A stretch of DNA of 64,000 bases, taken from positions 10,072,286 through 10,136,285 of the forward strand of contig OZ316898.1 of assembly GCA_973895155.1 (NCBI GenBank). Reading direction: 5' to 3'. The notes under the pieces are model-generated. The model was not told the DNA's origin, did no database searches, and saw nothing but the letters and a program-made list of their open reading frames with translations. Source of the stretch: Marsupella aquatica. Lineage: Eukaryota; Plantae; Marchantiophyta. This document shows positions 61,106 to 64,000 of the stretch, in pieces. A program made the position numbers and the translations under genes. Position 1 is the first letter of the stretch. Each line of letters starts with the position of its first letter.

Positions 61106-63620
61106 AGACTGACAAATAGAAAGCAAACGAGAGCTTCAAATATAGAACATCAAACCTTCAGCAGCGGTCAATGGGCTTTGATTCACAGGTCGCCTGGCTT
61201 GGTCCCTTGTCGCAGCTCGCCCAGCTCCACAACACCGTAGACAAGGAGTTGGCTGGTCCAATTTCCACCATGCAGCGTTAGCAAAACTGCAATGCTTGAT
61301 CTTCGCCCTCCGCCCTTTGCCCGAACCCCAAAATAGACCTCAAAGTAGAAAGCCAGCAAAGGGTTGAGCAGAAATCCCTAGAAAATCCCGCCTCTAAAGT
61401 CCATTGCTCGTGGTTACAAATGATGGCAATGGAACATTCGGGCAACCCAACAGTTGAACTGACCTTAATCACACCTACACCTGGTTGGCAGCTCCGCAGA
61501 CACTAATTGTAGCTCTAGTTGAAGACATCATTTGAACAGCAAATCAGTCACAGCTCATGAATCCGTTCAGACTAGCATCATGGGTACTACGTCGGAGCAC
61601 TGCGCAAGAAGCCAGGAAAAAACTGCAAACATGGGGACCCACAGGCAAGAAATCTGGACCTCCGACACAATCTGGAAATCCTTTCGCAAACAACTGGCCC
61701 TCTCCTCAACAACTTGCGATGGTAGTAGCTCGCAATGGTAGCAGCTCGCGATAGTAGCTCCCTTCAACAAGCTTGGTAGTGCGATAGGAGCAACAACTTA
61801 CAGAGAAGACAATGACCTCCCCTATGAGACTGATTGAAAGACCTCAATACAATTACTGAAGCAGGGATACAGAACGGGGAGAAGCCTTTCGCAGTTTGGG
61901 ACGGCGAGAAGTGTGAACACTTAGGGCAGGGCCCGCAGGAAGGTCACTCAGTCCGAATGAGCCACAAGCTTATCGCCCAAAACCACGCAAACCTGAAGTT
62001 GAAATTAGCACTATGAGGTAGCAAGCTACAAAATAGCATTTCCCACATTCTTAATGCATGGCATCGGAGCTCATTCCGCCTAGAAAACCAAAGCCACTAC
62101 CAAAACTAACTTGCAAATGGAAGTTTGGACTAACCAGGGTGATTCAGGGCAGTTCAATGTCACTATGGCAGGTGCATTGCTGCTCGTAGCTGCAATGTAC
62201 CTTAGCGCTCCCGGTCCCTCCACGGCTGCAACTTCCCAAGACCGGTCGGTCCCAGCCAGTCAGTCTTCTCTGAATCTTGGTGCGCCCACGTTGTCTCAAT
62301 CCGAAGCTGTCAGGTCTCAGGCAGGAGACAAATCTCCGCTTGCCTTCGCGCCAAAAGTTGTCACTGGCCTCAAGAGCCTCTAAGGCAATGTCCGCAACGC
62401 CTCAATGTCTCCAACACCTCAATGTCCTTACCATCAAGCGCTTCTCAGGGATGCCTCAATGTCCTTACCACCTCACGACTGTCAAGGTCCCAAACCAGCG
62501 CAAACCACTTGCTGAACTCCTTTGTCCAAACAATTGTAAGGGGCATGCAGGTAGAACTGTCAAAAGCGCTCGCAGGAGTGGATGGCAACAATTGACTACA
62601 ATCGCCTCCCAGCTTCCCTCGCAAAATGTTAACCCTAAACCCTACTCGTATGCTCCACTCATAGAAGCAAAGCACAATGTTCTGTCGCACAATGGGGCCC
62701 GAACACATGGGCGCAAGTACTCGATAGTTCCCTTCACAAAAACCCAATAATCACCTGATGACCAAAGCACACTCACCCTAACCCAATACTTAGTGCAAGC
62801 AGTCATGTAAGCTCGTTTCCGTTGAGGTGACCCGTTGAGCATAATAAGTACGTTTGCGCCAGAGTGTTAGGCAACACACAAAACTAAAGAGGGTTAAGGA
62901 TAACTTTAAATAAATCCCTTTGGTGACAAAGTCATGGCCACTTAATTAGTTGTGGGCCCCCCTAACCCTCCCCCCCCCCTTGTGGAATTAATCTTGGATC
63001 AAAAGGCACCATCATTTACACTCAAATCAATCAAGTTGTGGACTGTTCATTGTGTCAATTAGTGCCCATGACCCTGTCAAAACAACACTAGTTGGCAATG
63101 CGGAATATATCATGGTGTGGGAGTTGTACCTAGCTAGGGTTATAGTGATGCATTAGTTCCGGTTCTGGTTAGAAACCACCCTAAGCCCTCCAGTACAGTT
63201 GTACCCTAAGTTATGAAAAGTACCCGTTACATGGATATTTATGGTGCAATGTTAGTTAAGGTTGGTGATATATACAAGGCATGTCCTTAAGCACTTAGGC
63301 CCAAAAGTAGGATGTCGCCCGGTCCTTCTTAAGTATACTCTTATCATGAACCCTTGTAAGACTTTGTCTTATACTAGTCTTTGTGTGGACCTTTAGAGTG
63401 ATTCCAAGAACAAAACCCATGATGTCCTAGAGTGTTCACCCTTCACAAAGTAGCAAGGTTACTTTTCATAGTCTTTAACTAAACCGAAAAACACTCAAAG
63501 TCTTTTATAGTCTTTAACAAAACCTTGGCAATGGGTGCAAGTCATTTAAAGTATGGAAGAAGGACTTAGTGGGCTTAGTCCTATAAGGTATGGTCTAAAT
63601 TACCCCGGTTTCTACTAGTG

Positions 63621-64000
63621 ATCTATCTTTCCTTGATTCCGATAAGGACCCACGTATATATCTCTGGTAGGTCCGTATACTCTCTCTTCAATTTCCTCTT
63701 CATTGACAAGGACTCTGGGAACTTCAGCAGCAACAACAATCTCCCCTTGGGAGCGTGGCCATTGAAAAGGGAAAATCAATGGTCTTTGATCAAGGAGCAA
63801 AGATTTATTCAATTCCCGTTGCTCTTCAAAAAACATTCTCCACCAGTTCACTTCCTCTTCTGAGAATAAAGTTTCAATTGCAAGTATTCCCTTTTGAATC
63901 TCATTTAACGAATCATCCATCTCCTTCAAAGTCATTCTTGAAGAACTAGACATATTTGGTTGAGTCCTTGTAACGTTCTTATCCCCCTTTTTGAAAAGGG
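63621..64000 (-). pseudogene. Upstream part of the ORF disrupted by the CACTA insertion (continues beyond the window)
   Basis: The frame is open to the window edge and ends ...IYVGPYRNQGKID at the TSD. Confidence 0.8.

Larger units (their letters stand above)
47259..63620 (-). mobile_element. Full-length CACTA (En/Spm) DNA transposon, 16,362 bp, carrying accessory genes
   Basis: TIR CACTAGTAGAAACCGGGG matches perfectly over 18 bp, followed by a shared ATTTAGACC. 3-bp TSD ATC at 47256-47258 and 63621-63623. AGTC/GACT-rich subterminal repeats at both ends. TnpD and TnpA inside. Confidence 0.97.

Overview
Eukaryotic nuclear DNA from a land plant, most likely a flagellate-sperm lineage such as a bryophyte (inferred from the ciliary gene WDR92 beside a nuclear-encoded plastid RPL6). 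Host genes: PNG1 (5'-truncated by the window), an At1g16080-like plastid protein, plastid RPL6, WAPL, WDR92 and a possible orphan gene at 28.8 kb. Between them lie nested transposons: a decayed Helitron whose helicase is interrupted by a LINE and a solo LTR (both with exact target-site duplications, TSDs), two more Helitron 3' ends, a Tc1/mariner-like element, two related MITEs with 8-bp TSDs, and a BIO3 (dethiobiotin synthetase) gene fragment. The main feature is a complete 16.4-kb CACTA element (47259-63620, TSD ATC) inserted into another ORF. Besides TnpD and TnpA it carries co-oriented, intronless accessory genes: an EDM2-type composite PHD finger, a double BRCT, an F-box protein and a Cys-rich ORF. 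Most of its ORFs have a splice-acceptor-like site just before the ATG. I read this as a candidate transposon-encoded chromatin, repair and ubiquitin toolkit expressed by alternative splicing from a common leader. All family assignments come from motif recognition by eye; no database search was run.
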